Part shown: piece by piece, positions 11,107-24,356 of the stretch
How the letters are laid out: the number at the start of each line of letters is the position of its first letter
Numbering within the stretch: position 1 is the stretch's first letter
Source of the DNA: Pelomyxa schiedti
Lineage: Eukaryota > Protista > Evosea
Length of the DNA stretch: 54,717 nucleotides
Assembly (NCBI GenBank): GCA_020536535.1
Contig: JAHLWZ010000507.1
Span: forward strand, 1-54,717
Direction: 5' to 3'
Made by a program: the position numbers and the translations under genes
The notes under the pieces: generated by a model
The model's database searches: none
What the model saw: the letters and a program-made list of their open reading frames with translations, nothing else
What the model was told of the DNA's origin: nothing

Positions 11107-13244
11107 ATGCAACGCACCAAATCCCCAACGCTTCTGTGTGCGTGTGCCTTGGCGTTTGTGTGTTAGTTGCGTAGTGAGCCAACGTGGGCCACTTACTTTT
11201 TTTTCTTTTCTTTCCCCCCTTGACTGACAGGAGTCAACTACTACTACCCCCCAAAGACCTGCTGCAGATTCCTATGAGTCTCAATTTCCGAATACACAAT
11301 ATCGTCACGAATTAGTTCTGTCCCCGTTCCCTGCTGCTACCACTACCGGTGGCACGAGCGCGGCCGCCCGGGGTGCTTTTATTTCGACGATCCCTGATTA
11401 TGGGAATGTTGTGTTTCCCTCTGGGCGAAATGTCGGCGACGACGGTGTCACTTGTTTACTGCCTCAGGCTCACTTGCCGTCATACCGGTCAAGAAACCCC
11501 TCGGCTTCACCTAACAAGCACAATTCCGGCCCTCTTTATGCGGATGTGCTCAAATCATCAATGAATTCCTCCGCTCAGTCTGTAGGCAGTCCCGCTGCCA
11601 CTGAAGCAGAAACAACAACAACAACGTCAACAGCAGCGCACACAGCCAGAAGAGCCGCGAGAGCAATACCCTTGCTACAAAGTGAAGCAAATCAAACCAC
11701 ATGCACTACACACACACAACCGGAACGAGAGCGGGAAACCGCGAACCAACCGGCTTCTTCCCGCAAAGACTCGAAGATGGTCCAGACAAAGAGTAGAGAG
11801 GGCTACGAGTGTGCGATATGCCTGCAACTTTTCTTTGATCCTCGTGACACACCCTGTAAGCACACCTTTTGTATGCCATGCATTTGGGGCCTTCTTGCCC
11901 GCGAAAAGGGATGGTATCTTCCATCTATCCTTTTCTCCCAGATTTTTTTTCCCCCTAATGCCTTAACACAGCTGCCCACTCTGCAGAACAGTTCTTCCTC
12001 AAATAGAAACATGTGAAGAATACCCTTCACGGATAGATTTGATGAACTACATTGAAGAGACCTGGCCAGATGAAGCTAAGCAACGAAAAATCGAACAACA
12101 GAATGCACCTCTTACTGTACCAGCTCAACAACATACGGAGAGCGATGACGAACAATTGGTGCTGCTTCTAAGGCCGTACTTACATCATGATGGACAAAGT
12201 ACCGACTCCGACGAAAGTGACGAGGATAGGGATAGTGACGACGAGGATGATGATGATGATGATGACGACGACGACGACGACGACGATGACGACGACGAGG
12301 AAGAAGACGAAGATGAAGAGGAGGACAGTGACGAGGACGACGAAGATAATAGCGATCAGGATGGCGAGGACGACGATAAAGGTAACGGTAAAGAAGATGA
12401 GAACACCTACGTGGCGGAGGACCAAGATGTGTGTGAGGATGATGGCGATGACGGGGAAGAAGACGACGACGACGATGACGACGATGAAGCCGTTGACGAT
12501 GTCAACAGCGCCGCCACCGCTCCCCACCCGGAAGTTATCATAATTGACAGCAGCAGCGACTCTGACGAATGGCCAGAGGAAAGCATCAACAGGTTCCTCC
12601 ACCCCTATCCAGGCCAGACCCCGCTTTTACAGCAGAGCTTCGAAGACGGCGCCTTGGACGCCGTGGAGCAGCAGCCGGCCGCCAGGCGAGCCAGGCTTTC
12701 CCGTGCCCCGCCGGCACCGCGCCCAATACCGCCGCCGCAGCACCACAACCGTCTTCCCCCAATCACCACCGGACACCAGTCCCCTCCCTGGATGGTCGCG
12801 CCTCCTCCTGCTCATCATCTACATCCACACCCACATCAGCATCAACAACACCAACCTCCGCCGCTTTTCCCAGTTTTGGTACCCCATCACATCCAGCAGC
12901 AGCAACATCAACAGCCAATTCCACGGCACCAGGAGAACGACGGTGGCGGTCACCGCCCACGGCTACAACCGCAACTGCAAGAACAGGCACAAGCACGTGC
13001 TCCAGCACCGCCACACTACGTTCCCATTCACAGAGTGCTGCAACAAGTTCAGGACCTGGATCAGAATGATGATGCAGACGAGGACCAGCACAACAGACAG
13101 AACCACAACAACAACCATAACAACCACAACCACATTCATCATAACAGGGCGAACACAAACAACAACAACCAACATCACGACAGGCATCACAACACACTAC
13201 ACATGCCCAGGTTCAGGGTCAATACCAGACGAGGAAATCGCTGA
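11107..13244 (+). CDS. RING-HC (C3HC4) E3 ubiquitin ligase with long acidic tract and H/Q/N-rich tail
   Basis: CAICLQLFFDPRDTPCKHTFCMPCI-(intron ~11914-11970)-CPLCR; the frame is open from an acceptor at ~11230; the first exon is uncertain (ATG 11052 or 11107). Confidence 0.8.
12200..12500 (+). repeat. GAY/GAR trinucleotide low-complexity tract (poly-Asp/Glu)
   Basis: (gat)n(gac)n runs inside the RING gene. Confidence 0.9.
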
Positions 13245-13349
13245 TCCGCTCCCGTTAGTGATGTTTGTTGTTGTTGACCCATAAAACAAGAGTTATTGAA
13301 TTGGCCAAAGGGTTTTTTTTTTTTTTTGAATTCCCAAGAGAATAACATA

Positions 13350-15405
13350 TTATGTTGCACTAGAGGGAATCGAAGGAGCAGAGGCTGTGGCGGTCTCATT
13401 GGCCATAGCACCCGCAACCTGTGCTACAAGAACTAGCAGACTGGATAGAAATGGGGAATCTCGAATCATTTGTTGGGTGTGGGCCAGTTGTTCCCTGTTT
13501 TGCATAAAGAGGGAGGCAGAATTGGTTAGGTAAATATATGATGACTGTTATGTAGAAAAGGAACCTTAAAACATCACCCTCAGCCTGCACTTGGGCACAA
13601 CGTAATGACAAATTCGCATACTCTTGCTCCAGGAGCTGAACTTGTTGTTCCAAGTCATCTGTTTCATCTTTTCTTCTTTGCCTGGATTTTTCTGCAGAAA
13701 CCCTGTTTTTCATCACTCTAAACAGAAGTGAACCCCAAGCCTCGAAAATTGGAAAAAACCTTTGTTGTCTTTTGATATCTTCTTGAACTGATTCCAATGG
13801 GTGGCTCTGCGGAATGTCATACGGTGCTTAAGAAGGTTATAAAGTTAAGCTCATTTAGTGGGATTTACAGTATTTTTTCTTGGCTCGAGCCATCTTCAGT
13901 GTGTAGTCACTCATGGGATCTGTTGTTCTCAAGGACACAAATACAGATGGATTTAACATCGGAGCTAAGGTGGCTAGTGATACTGGTTGCGTTATGCTCG
14001 ATGGAGGTCCACCTGGGGGTTTTGGAGTGTATGGAGTAGGGAGTGTGGGTTGTTGCTGTTCTTGGCGAAGTGGTTGTATATTCCGCTGGTATGGTGGCAG
14101 GTACTGCTGGTTTTGCTGATGATGAACTTGGCTGTGTTGCTGCCACTGAGATGCGGCTGAGCGTACGACTAAATCACTAGCCATACTCAAAGCATCTCTG
14201 GGTGTCTCACCACCAACCGTGGATGTTGGAGTGTTTTGTGGTATGTACTGAAGATTGGATGTATATGGTTGTTGTGTTTGGTGGAGTTCTTGTGGGGAAG
14301 ATATTGATGGTGCCATCAAGACGGGGCTTTGCACTGGGAATGGTTGCATCTGCATTTGGAAGTGCGATGATGTTGTGTGTTGTTGTTGTTGTTGTGGATG
14401 TCTTGTGGTGTTTTGTATTTTAATCGGAGTTGGTTGTGAGGATTGAGGGAGTTGCTGTTGTTGAAATGAGTGGCGGATTTGTGTGATTTCTACACTGGAG
14501 TGCACAGATGATGATTCAGATTCCTGTTGAGAAAAACTCAAGTGGTCACCACGAATCAATCCCGGCTCAGGCTTTACATGTGGAAGTGCGCCAAACGTCC
14601 CACTGTCATTCACACTCAAATTCATATTCACATTCACATCCGCATTTGCACTTGCATTCAAATTCGCATTAGCATTTGTGGTCCCAGAAGTAGTCCCAAT
14701 CCCAGTGTGCTGCATCAAATCAGGCCCCCCCCTCACATCCACGGGAGTGCTGCGGGCCGCGGCAGACTGCGGCCGAGTCACTACCCCCAGAGGAGGCGGC
14801 CTCTCCGATGATGACGACAGCGGCGGCGGCGGCGCGGAGCCAATTGGAATTGTCCCGCCGCCGCCCCCCCCACTGGTTCTAGCAGTCCCGCCGCCCCCGC
14901 CACCCCCCGCAGCCACCCCCATGTGCATCGCTGGGCCGCTGTCCTCGTCATCATCCTCCACCACCGTCGCTTGCTCCCGCTGCTGCTGCTGCTGCACTTG
15001 GGCTCGTTGGCTTCGGTGTTGGTGCTGGTGCTGCGGCAGCTGTTGTTGCTGGTTGTGCTGGTGCTGATGGAGTTGGAGCTGCTGCAACTGCTGCTGCTGC
15101 TGCTGTTGCTGCTGGGCGAGGTGCTGGTGCATGTGCAAGGGGAGAGGGAGGGCCATAGGGAGCGGCGGGGGGCCGCCGCCGCCGCTGGTGTCCAGGGGGT
15201 ACGGGGCGGGGGCCGGCGGCAGGTTCCCAAAGTCCGCGTCGAAGGCGAGGGACTGGTCGCCGTCGAGGAGGAGCAGGGAGCCGCCGCCGGGCCCCGAGTC
15301 GACGGGGTAGGGCACGATGTCGTCGTACGACTCGGACTCGGTGGGGGCCGCCGACGTCCCTGGCGGGTCCCCGGGCGCCCGGGGCCACATTTGCATCGCT
15401 GTCAT
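13350..15405 (-). CDS. bZIP transcription factor with polyQ/polyG N-terminal region
   Basis: Basic region RVMKNRVSAEKSRQRRK followed by the zipper LEQQVQLLEQEYANLSLRCAQVQAEGDVLREQL; 3 GT-AG introns; stop TAA at 13350-13352. Confidence 0.9.
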
Positions 15406-15643
15406 TATCGCTTATCTGCCTTCTTCTTGTTGCCTTTTTGTTTTGTTTGCTTTTGTTTAGCCGATCGGGGTGACTCGCCAACTACCTTGGGCGAGCCGTA
15501 TCCTCCTCCAGGGGATGAAGACGCACCCGTGGATGGAAGAGACATACAAGACGGTTTGTGTGGAACCTGATTGCCATCTGATTGAGTGGTTGTTTGGTTC
15601 TTTTCTTTTATTTGTTTGTTTAAAGTGGTACTAATCGGCGGAA

Positions 15644-16256
15644 ATGAACTTCGAGGCAGTAGCACAGCAGTTCGCACAGCACTACTACAATACTTTTGAT
15701 ACAAACCGAGCCGCTCTGAGGGCGTTATATGTGAGTTCTTTTCTGGCTTGTTTCGTGTTTTATTCTCCAGAGTATTTTTTTTTTTTTGTTTTGTATATTA
15801 TGCCTGTGCTACTTTTTCTCCATTTATGCACACAAAGTCCAGCAACCACAATCGATGCTTACGTTCGAGGGACAAAGATTTCAAGGAGCCGAGCAAATAC
15901 AAAGCAAACTAATGTCTTTCTCCACCAACGTTCGCCACAATGTTGTTGCAATTGATTCTCAGCCAATGCCTCAAGGCGTACTCTTGACTATCACCGGAAC
16001 TCTCACCGTATTTCTTCCTCTCCGCACTTAGTATTTGTTGTACTGCATTTATAGGATAACATGGGTTAAATAATACACAACTTATATAGGGACCCGTAAA
16101 GTGAAATGTGTAATTATTAGACTACGAAGATAAGCTTACCCAATAAAACAGATCGATCAAGACAACCCACTCAAATTCAGCCAAGTATTTACTCTCATGT
16201 CCAATGGCGGATCTTACTTCGTTCTCAACGATCTTTTCCGCCTCCTCTATGGCTAA
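15644..16256 (+). CDS. NTF2: Nuclear transport factor 2 (3 exons)
   Basis: MNFEAVAQQFAQHYYNTFDTNRAALRALY / SMLTFEGQRFQG..IDSQP / FSQVFTL..YFVLNDLFRL. Confidence 0.95.
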
Positions 16257-16348
16257 ACCCCCACCCCGAGAATCACCTCACCCTTCATCGCACACCACAA
16301 ACAAAAAAATAAATAAAAACCAAAAAGGAAGAAACACCGTGGTTGGGG

Positions 16349-18915
16349 ATGCTGACAGTGGTGGCGGTGGTTGTGCTACTTTCGTCGGTGGTTTGGGTGT
16401 GGTGGTGGCTCAGGAGCGGGAGGGGCAGATCGCCGGGGTCGCGCCGGTTTTCGCCTAGCATCGCGGACCTTTGCAGCTCCATAGGAGACATGGCCGTGAG
16501 GCGCTGCGAGATGCAAACCGCGTCGGGCGACCCCAAGCCGTGCATGCTGTACAAGAAATTCGCGTCGGACAAGGCGTGGACGTCTGTTTCGTGGGCCGAG
16601 TTCCTGGAGTCTTGCTATCGTGTGGCCGTTGCGCTGTGCCGCGCTCCCTTTGCACTCAGGTACCCCCCCCTCGTGATCTTTTGCACAGGTCCCGAGCTCT
16701 TCGCATGGGATTTTTTTTGTGACTTTTTGGAGCTTTTTTCCGAGCTTACTTAAGGAAGTAAAGGAGACAGAGTATGTATCTTAGGGAGCACCAGGCCAAA
16801 GTGGCTGATTTCTGATATGGCTTTACACATTGCCGGCTTGGTGCCTGTTGGAATATATCCCTCTCAGACAGCAGAGCAATACACCCACATTATATCACAC
16901 TCGTACTGCTCCCTATTTTAGATGGGCCTTTTGTAATAGCTAATTCCTTTCAAGTGGCGCACGTGTGGTCATAGTAGAAGGTGAAAAGGAACTGCAGGCA
17001 GTCCTTTCAGCTGTACACAACTTGGATGAGGTCATTGCCATTATTACATGGGAAGAAGATATAGCAACAAAATACGAGGCCCAGGTTACTACTCACAAGT
17101 TCCGTCACCAAATTGATAAACTTCATAGGACCGCAGACTATACCCCTGGTCACAAATAGATAAACCGTACTCACCTCTGGAGAAAACACGTCTTTTAGAA
17201 AGACTAGCAACAGTGCAAAGAGAGGATCTTGCTATTTTGGTCTATACATCAGGCACAACAGGTATTTCCACTCTTTTGTACATTCTGTTTTCTAAACAAC
17301 TACCTAGGCCTCACAAAAGGTTGCATGTTATCTCACAACAACATACTGTCCCTCATGCAGAGTTGGCAAGAATTCAGTGAAGTAGTGAAGTGTCAAGTAG
17401 TGTCAGATGATGTTATCTTCGAATTTCTACCTTTGGCACACGTTGCAGAGCGTATCATTGGATTCTATTGGAGAATGTGTTCTGGAATGACAGGTGCATA
17501 TGCCAGCTCACCAGACCGAGTTTTAAAGGAGCTTAATGTTTGTACAAGCTAACTAGTTAACCATGACTGAACCACGGTATTAGGAGATTAATCCAACGCG
17601 CTTTGGGTGTGTCCCGCGTGTGCTTGAAAAGGCTTATGGGTTTATAAGAGAAGAGGTATTCATTGTAAAAATTCCCATGTGCCCTAAAATTGTCCTGGCA
17701 GATCAGCAAGAAAAACAAGATTGTTCGTGCGATGTTTTACTGGGCAGAGGGTATAGGCCTGGATGTAGTTCAACATCAACAAAAACAGCAGCCTGTACCA
17801 ATCCTACTTCGGGCCAAATACGAAATTGCATACCGTCTCGTTCTGAATAAAATATGCAAACAATTTGGAACAAGGTTTTTACTTAATTTTATGTACTTTT
17901 TTTTCTACCAATGCTTTAAGGATGCAAACTATCTTTGTTGGAGCTGCTCCAGTGAATCCATCAATCCTTGAATTTTTCATTGCCTGCCGTGTTCCCTGCT
18001 ATGAGATTTATGGTATGACAGAGCTGACTGCTGCATGCCACGGCAATTATGGTGATCAGAATAAAATTGGAACTGTGGGGAAGGCAGTGCCTCACTGTCA
18101 GCAAAAACTTGGTCCCGATGGAGAACTACTGATCAAGGTTTTGGTCAGATTTATGAAAAATATAACCCTAAATAATCTAGGGTTCTTTGGTCTTCATGGG
18201 ATATTATAAAGATGAAGAAAGTACGCGTGCTGCCTTTACTGATGATGGATGGTTCAAAACTGGCGATATGGCAACAATTGATAAAGATGGTTTTGTTCAG
18301 ATTATTGATCGACTGAAGCACATTATAATTACCTCTGGTGGTAAAAACTTATCACCACAATTTATTTCGGAGACTGTAGCAATACAGGTATCTCTTTCGT
18401 ATTATTACTCACTATTGTTGAAATGTTAATACAGGACCCAATCATTAGCGCAGTGCACCCACACGGAGATAAGCGGCCATTTGTCACAGCCCTAATAGCA
18501 CCCTCTCCCCTTGAAACTTTGTCTCTCGGAGTTTCACTCGGAGTTGTTAACCAAGCTCTCGCCTCTCAACTCACACATGAAGTGCTACAAAATCCGTACT
18601 CCCGTTCCGAGGAATTGGATAAATGCATGAGCCAAGTTACAAAGCACAAGACCTTTATTGAAAGAGTTCAACAAGCCGTGCAGCGGGCCAACACACACCT
18701 GGCCCGAGTAGAGAGCGTGAAGAAGGTCTATATACTGGACCGAGACTTCAGCCAAGAGCATGGAGAACTAACACCAACAATGAAGGTTTACTGCCCACAA
18801 TCTTTTCAAAGTCTCCACTAACACTACGCAGGAAAAGAGAAACATCGTTGAAAAGCGCTACGCCCCCATCTTCGACAGATTGTACACTGAGGACGACTTT
18901 GGTATTAAAACTTGA
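16349..18915 (+). CDS. Long-chain acyl-CoA synthetase (AMP-binding) with N-terminal membrane anchor
   Basis: YTSGTT/GLTKG, FLPLAHVAER, YEIYGMTE, GWFKTGD, IIDRLKHIIITSGGKN, GELTPTMK; hydrophobic N-terminus; many short introns. Confidence 0.92.
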
Positions 18916-18953
18916 TGAAAAGAAAATGTTCTCAGGATTGTTTTCTCTTCTTT

Positions 18954-20680
18954 CTAAAATCCCCACATGTTGGTGGTGCCAAGGAGAATTTTGCTCAAGG
19001 ATTTAAGGTGTGGGGTGGTGCCCTTCCAGTCAAGTGGCTCCAGGTTATTGAGGCAAGTTGTGTCTGGTGTGTTTGTTGGAGATGTTACAAGTGTGGCTAG
19101 CATGGTAAGTGTGCAGGGAACATCAGAGTCAACCACGGGCGAGCTGAAAATAGTGCCGTGGGTGGATTTGTCCACTGTGAGGAACACGGCATTGTCATTA
19201 CCAGCGTCGATTATGTGCTGGGCTGTGTATGAGGCATATGTAAATGGTGTTTCTGGATCCCAGTTTCCATTTACAAGATACACGGGAACTTGTCCGTACT
19301 TTGTTTATGATTAGAGGAGGATAACATAGGGTTCTTACTTACATCGGGGAACTGTCGGTAGTAAGGATCTTCAGGGTATCGAGGCCAGGCGTAAACGTCG
19401 AGGAGCCAAGACTCGGCAGCATGGCCTGTGAAGAAGAAAGTCTTGTCCAGAGCAGTAAGGCGGTCCAGTGGGTACTCCTCATCGGGGTCCATCAGAAGTT
19501 CCTCAGATGACATAATATTGTACTGCAATGGGGCGTCGTACAAACCACCTTCACCAACAGGAATTGAAAACAAGTGGGTGAGGGCAGTAACATCGTCTGC
19601 GTTGCATCGGGCAAAGCGGTAAATAATTGGGGGTACAAGCATTCTGGCGTATTGATCAGTCATCAATCCAGAGAAGAGGCTCTGAAGTGTGGGAACGTAA
19701 GGCTTGGTCATGGGCAGCTTCACGGCACATGAGGCATTGACCAAGTCCTCATCTGTAAGTGACGTGTACAACTGTCGAAGTGTCACAAGGGGATCCAGTG
19801 CACCCCATAGAGAGCTGCACCACTGATCAACAGCGCACATGCTAATCATAAACCTCCCAACACTATCGCTAATTTGGTCTACGTCGATATCTTTACAGAC
19901 ATCTGGTGGTACAATACCATCAAGGAGAATGGTTTTCGGGTCAACAGTGCGAACGAACATGTACTTGTGTGTCAAATACGTGCCACTGGACCAGGCGTAA
20001 ATGTGGAAGTTCTCTCCTACCTCTGGGACTGAAACAGTATTAATGAGGTAATCAAGGTCCAGTGCAGCGTTGTACTCCGAGAATTGAGCAAGGTTATCTC
20101 CCCACTCGTTTTGGAGGTCCGTAGCACACTGTGCATCAGGCCACATAACCCCAGATGGGCACACCAAAGGAGTAGAGAGGCCACCTCCCCTCTTGTCAGG
20201 AAGCAGATATGCCACTCTGTTGGAGAACAAGTCCGGTACATCAATATCCGCCCACGCTCCCTCAAAACCTTGCTGCAGATATAAGCTGCCTCTTCCACCA
20301 CCACCCTTGAAGTGAAAATGAGTTAGCGTGTCTCCCCCCATTACCACTTTAGTTCCTCTATTCCAATAAACCCATCCCCCTAACAGTACTTTCACCCGAA
20401 AGGAATTTTACGCAACCTGCAACATCCAAAGGTGCGTGTCCACGACAGCAGTCTTGTCAGATGGCACCAACTTTGTTATCCAGAGGTTGATAGTCGCCGG
20501 ATTCTTCGGGTACGTAGTCCAGTCCAGCGGCACGCCGGACAAGTTGGCGCACGTTGCCGTGTACCACGACGGCAACGACGGCTGGTTGATAAGATCGTCC
20601 GGACACGGTCCCCATACAACAGCGCCCCTTACAACACCGATAACAAAACACACCACCACTAGCGCCAACGCGGCCTTCAT
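18954..20680 (-). CDS. Secreted alpha/beta hydrolase (TAP-like / peptidase S33-type)
   Basis: Signal peptide MKAALALVVVCFVIGVVRG; WGPC..CANL..VPLDW; WMLQ/GGGG; PDKRGGGLS; nucleophile elbow AWSSGT; LLDGI; NGNWDPETP; THG. Confidence 0.8.
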
Positions 20681-20854
20681 AGTACGCAGATCCGGCTGTC
20701 TCCCCTGTGGCTCTGGGGTATTCTTTTTTAATTGTGTTTGATTGGCATTAAACGCCGAGTTTTGGGGTTGTGATTCTCGATCTGAAAACGAATCGAAGAA
20801 AATACAAGATTTGGGGTTATGGTAACTGGGTCTATAAACAGAATTAGGGACAGC

Positions 20855-22184
20855 CTATTCGTGGTGGAGCATAGTAAACTTCATGGGCACATAGTCAGGG
20901 AATGCAAGTAGGTTGCCAGGAAGAGATTTGTTGGCTGCATAGAAATCCAGTGCGCGGTCTTTGTCCACCCACAGACTTTCAAAGAAGTCGTGAAGCCCAG
21001 TGGTGGTTGCAGGAAGGTCCTGTAACACAAACCGTCTGATCCTGACATGAACCACCCCATGGGTGCCAATGTGTAGAAGGTTGGGGTTACTCCCTTCATA
21101 AACAACAGTCAGATCATAGAGCGCTTCGCACGACCCGTCACGCAGGCTCTGTGTTGGAGTAAATCTTTGTAACTTTCCATGGTAAAAAAACGACCTGAAT
21201 AGAGGCAATAACACCTTTTGTACGTGGTAGAAGAAGATGGTTTAATGCAGGAAGGTTATTTTGCTTTGCGTATTGTCTACTTGCTTCCAACTTCTCTAAA
21301 CAATAGATAAATGGGATATTCTTGGTGGAAAATTTTGACCTGCTGTTGGCCGAGTCCCCTCCAAAAATGTCATTAACCAGAAGGGCATTTTGAGGGATTT
21401 CAGAACAGAAAAAGTTTCTTCTATGCGAGAATTGTCCTTGGTCCAGTCACGGGATAAAAATACAAATCCAAGGAGAATTCCACCAAGACTGTAATTAGAT
21501 TATAATTTATATCTTCTTTTCAAATATATTTTCACTAGTATAGAATTCCACAACGAATATATAGAAAAGAAGGAAGAAAACCAGACCCTAGTCCTGGGAC
21601 AAATTTTAGGGATTCCTTAAGTTTGGTTATTCATGTAACATTCATCTTCCAAACCTTCATGAAGAATTTCACAAATCCAAGCATTCCAGATCGCCTGGCA
21701 AGGGCTAGTGTTACGAGCCAATCGTGGGCACTGATATGGTTACTTATCACTATGGCTGACTCATGGGTAGGGAGAGAAAATGTTGTGGTCTTTGCAAGAA
21801 GTTTCGGTGTTCTTTGCAGCGTAACTGGCTCCGACTCACTAGCATCCCGCTGGGCAAGCGGTGACTCGTCTAAATACCACACATATTTCACGTCATTGAG
21901 GTGTTCCACCTGCCATGTGAAAAGCCGCCACATCCTACAATATAAAAAGAAAACACCTTAGAGCAAGGGAGAAAACAAAAAAAAAAAAAAAAAAAAGTTG
22001 AGAGTCTTGCCACGCACATTGTTGTCGCGCACACAGCCAATTTGTAGTGCAAAAGTCTTCCGCCAAGCCACCGCATTGGCATGAGAACAATCAAGCAGCA
22101 CGCAAGAAAAGTAAGTACAACAAGTTCGAGCATCGACACCACCACACCCGCAACACCGCACACAACTCCCGAGATCTTCCCCAT
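20855..22184 (-). CDS. 1-acylglycerol-3-phosphate / lysocardiolipin acyltransferase (AGPAT3-5/LCLAT1-like)
   Basis: NHISAHD (HxxxxD), KFFMK, GFVFLSRDW, FLEGTR, LYDLTVVY, VHVRIRR, LWVDKD. Confidence 0.88.
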
Positions 22185-22490
22185 TTGTTCCGTACAACAG
22201 ACACGTCACCTGGAAACAGAAGCGCCCTGCACCAAGCGGTGAATCAACTTTGTTTTGTTTCTAGGCAAATGAGGGGCTTTCAGTCGCCCAGAAGGGTCTA
22301 CATTCACCGGGTGCCATTGGACTGGGGGAATGGAACGCAGAGACTGAGCCATCTCCCAACACTGGGGTAGGAAAACGCTCCTTGTCCAAGTTTCCGTAAA
22401 CGACTCCCGGAGACTAATCAACGAAAGCCGAAAACAGTGGAAAAGATCCCACTAACAAGCATAAAATCCGGGGTATTTGAAAAGACCTCA

Positions 22491-24116
22491 ATGGGAGGTG
22501 CGTGTATGGCCAAGACCAGGGTCGTAGAAAGACCTACCACGCCGGTGATACCCCCAGATAAACTCACCCCCGTGGTCTGTTCCACCCCTTTTTTTTGGCG
22601 GGTTAAACAGAAATCCCCTGCGCTCCCGCCACATTTATGCTGTTTTGTTTTAACAAGTGCTCTTTTTGTTAGGGGGGCTCATTTTCGCATCTAACTGAGG
22701 AGGTGGATGCTCTGGTTGTTTCAGTGGCATCTTTGAACCACGTTATTGCCCATGTACTACTGAAATAATTGTCCCTCGTTTGACATTTGAAAGGAAGCCA
22801 AGCGGCACACTGATTTAGAACGTCAGTGGCAAGCTGAGCGCGCCTCACTGCACGACCATATTCTCAGTCTCGAGGTAATTACCAACCTTCTTCACTATCG
22901 AGCGGGAAACCAAAGAAAAAAAACAAACCAAAAAGGAAAGAGAACGCCATTTACAGTCACGGCTCGAACAACAGCGGGCCGATATGGTTCAGATGGTGAG
23001 CAGTGCATTGCACTGCTTCACAGCACCAAACGTCCCGGCTGACGATCCTGACGACTTGAATAACACTCTTCTTACTCTTCAGGAGGTGAGTGGTTGTTTG
23101 TCTTAGTGCCTCACTTTGCCGGTGTGTGGGTATCCTTAATGTCTTGTGTTTGTTGTGTAGGCGTGCGTAACCTAACTTTCGTTTTTTTTCTCCTGTCATT
23201 GCCCTTCATCTGAAAGGAAAAAGCCAGCCTGGAAAAGAAAGTGGAGAAAGTTGCTAACCAGCTAAAGCGAGAGGAAATGATGAGAGGGGCATTAGCGTTG
23301 AGTGTGGATGCTCTAAGAAATAGAGTTTTAACCATGCCTCCGGTTATAAGCACTCCTAGAGTAACCAACCCGGGGCAAATTGACAGAAATGTTAATGTAT
23401 GCTGAAGGGGCTCACACATAAACCAACCTTTGTAAAAGAAACCAACAAAACCCGCAATGAAGAAAGTAATGTTTGAACTGTATGATACCGTAATACCATT
23501 TGAACAGACAGCACCACTGGCAAACACTGGAGTGGTTTCGTCTACTTGAAATTTTTTTCCCGTTCTAACTGTCTATTCATAGGAAACAGAATCACAACCA
23601 CTATTGGCACCGCCATCACCTCACCAAACTTCGACGATACCGAACGTAGACTCGATTCCGATATCATCTGTAAAAATACTTAATTCACCTCACCCAACCG
23701 CAAACCAATTGCAGTCTTCCTCCCCACGTAAACCACCAACCAATATCGCGCCAGTAAATCAACCACCACCCACAGACCAACCTATTCATTCCTCTCCACA
23801 AGCAACACAAAGCCCCCCGAAAACCCAAACCACATCAAACCCCTCCCGGCCTGCATTGACCTCCTCGCAGAATTCCTCTCCCAGAACACAACGATCAGCA
23901 ACCCCTCCTCAGACTTCATCACCGCAATCACGCTCCCGCTCACCCTCACCTATTTCGCAATCACCAAGGTCTTCACAATCATCATCACAACCACCACCCC
24001 CACCATCACAGCTGCAAACAGGCAACACTCAATTATCCACAGCTCCACAGTTTCCTGACTTCTCAAGGCAACAACACAAGCCCACAGTCCTCCCTCCACT
24101 TCACACCAAACTCTAA
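22491..24116 (+). CDS. Hypothetical coiled-coil protein with MGxxC N-terminus, RVxF-like motif and P/S-rich tail
   Basis: Manual splicing gives one continuous ORF: MGGACMAK..QWQAERASLHDHILSLE..EKASLEKKVEKVANQLKREE..KPAMKKVMF..; the last exon is ORF 23604-24116. Confidence 0.6.
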
Positions 24117-24356
24117 CCCCCTAGATGTATATCTTAATGTTATGTAAACTTTTGTACCAAAGAGCAACTTTAGCAAAACTTCTTCCGGCTTCTTCGGAGA
24201 TGGCAGTGTTACCCCAGTTCTAATTTTAAGATGAGCCCCGAAAAAAGCCAAGGATCAACGAAGCCGAAAATCATCAGTATAAAGAAAAAAAAAAAAAGCG
24301 AAACGACTCGAAGAAACATCCATCACCTTGTCGCTAGAAGGGGCTAGTTTCGAAAG

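Noticed and set aside
11914-11970. U12-type intron (GTATCTT donor)
   Set aside because: Does not match GTATCCTT, and only a partial CCTTAAC branch-like motif is present; not supportable without a scoring model.
12180-15570. Long antisense and alternate-frame ORFs over the RING and bZIP genes (also over IMPase, Nup54 and actin)
   Set aside because: These are shadows of trinucleotide-repeat or GC-rich coding sequence.
22608-22690. RNase MRP-like motifs (GAAATCCCC ... GGGGCTCATT)
   Set aside because: The spacing is far too short for MRP, and the sequence is explained by an intron/exon boundary of the coiled-coil gene.
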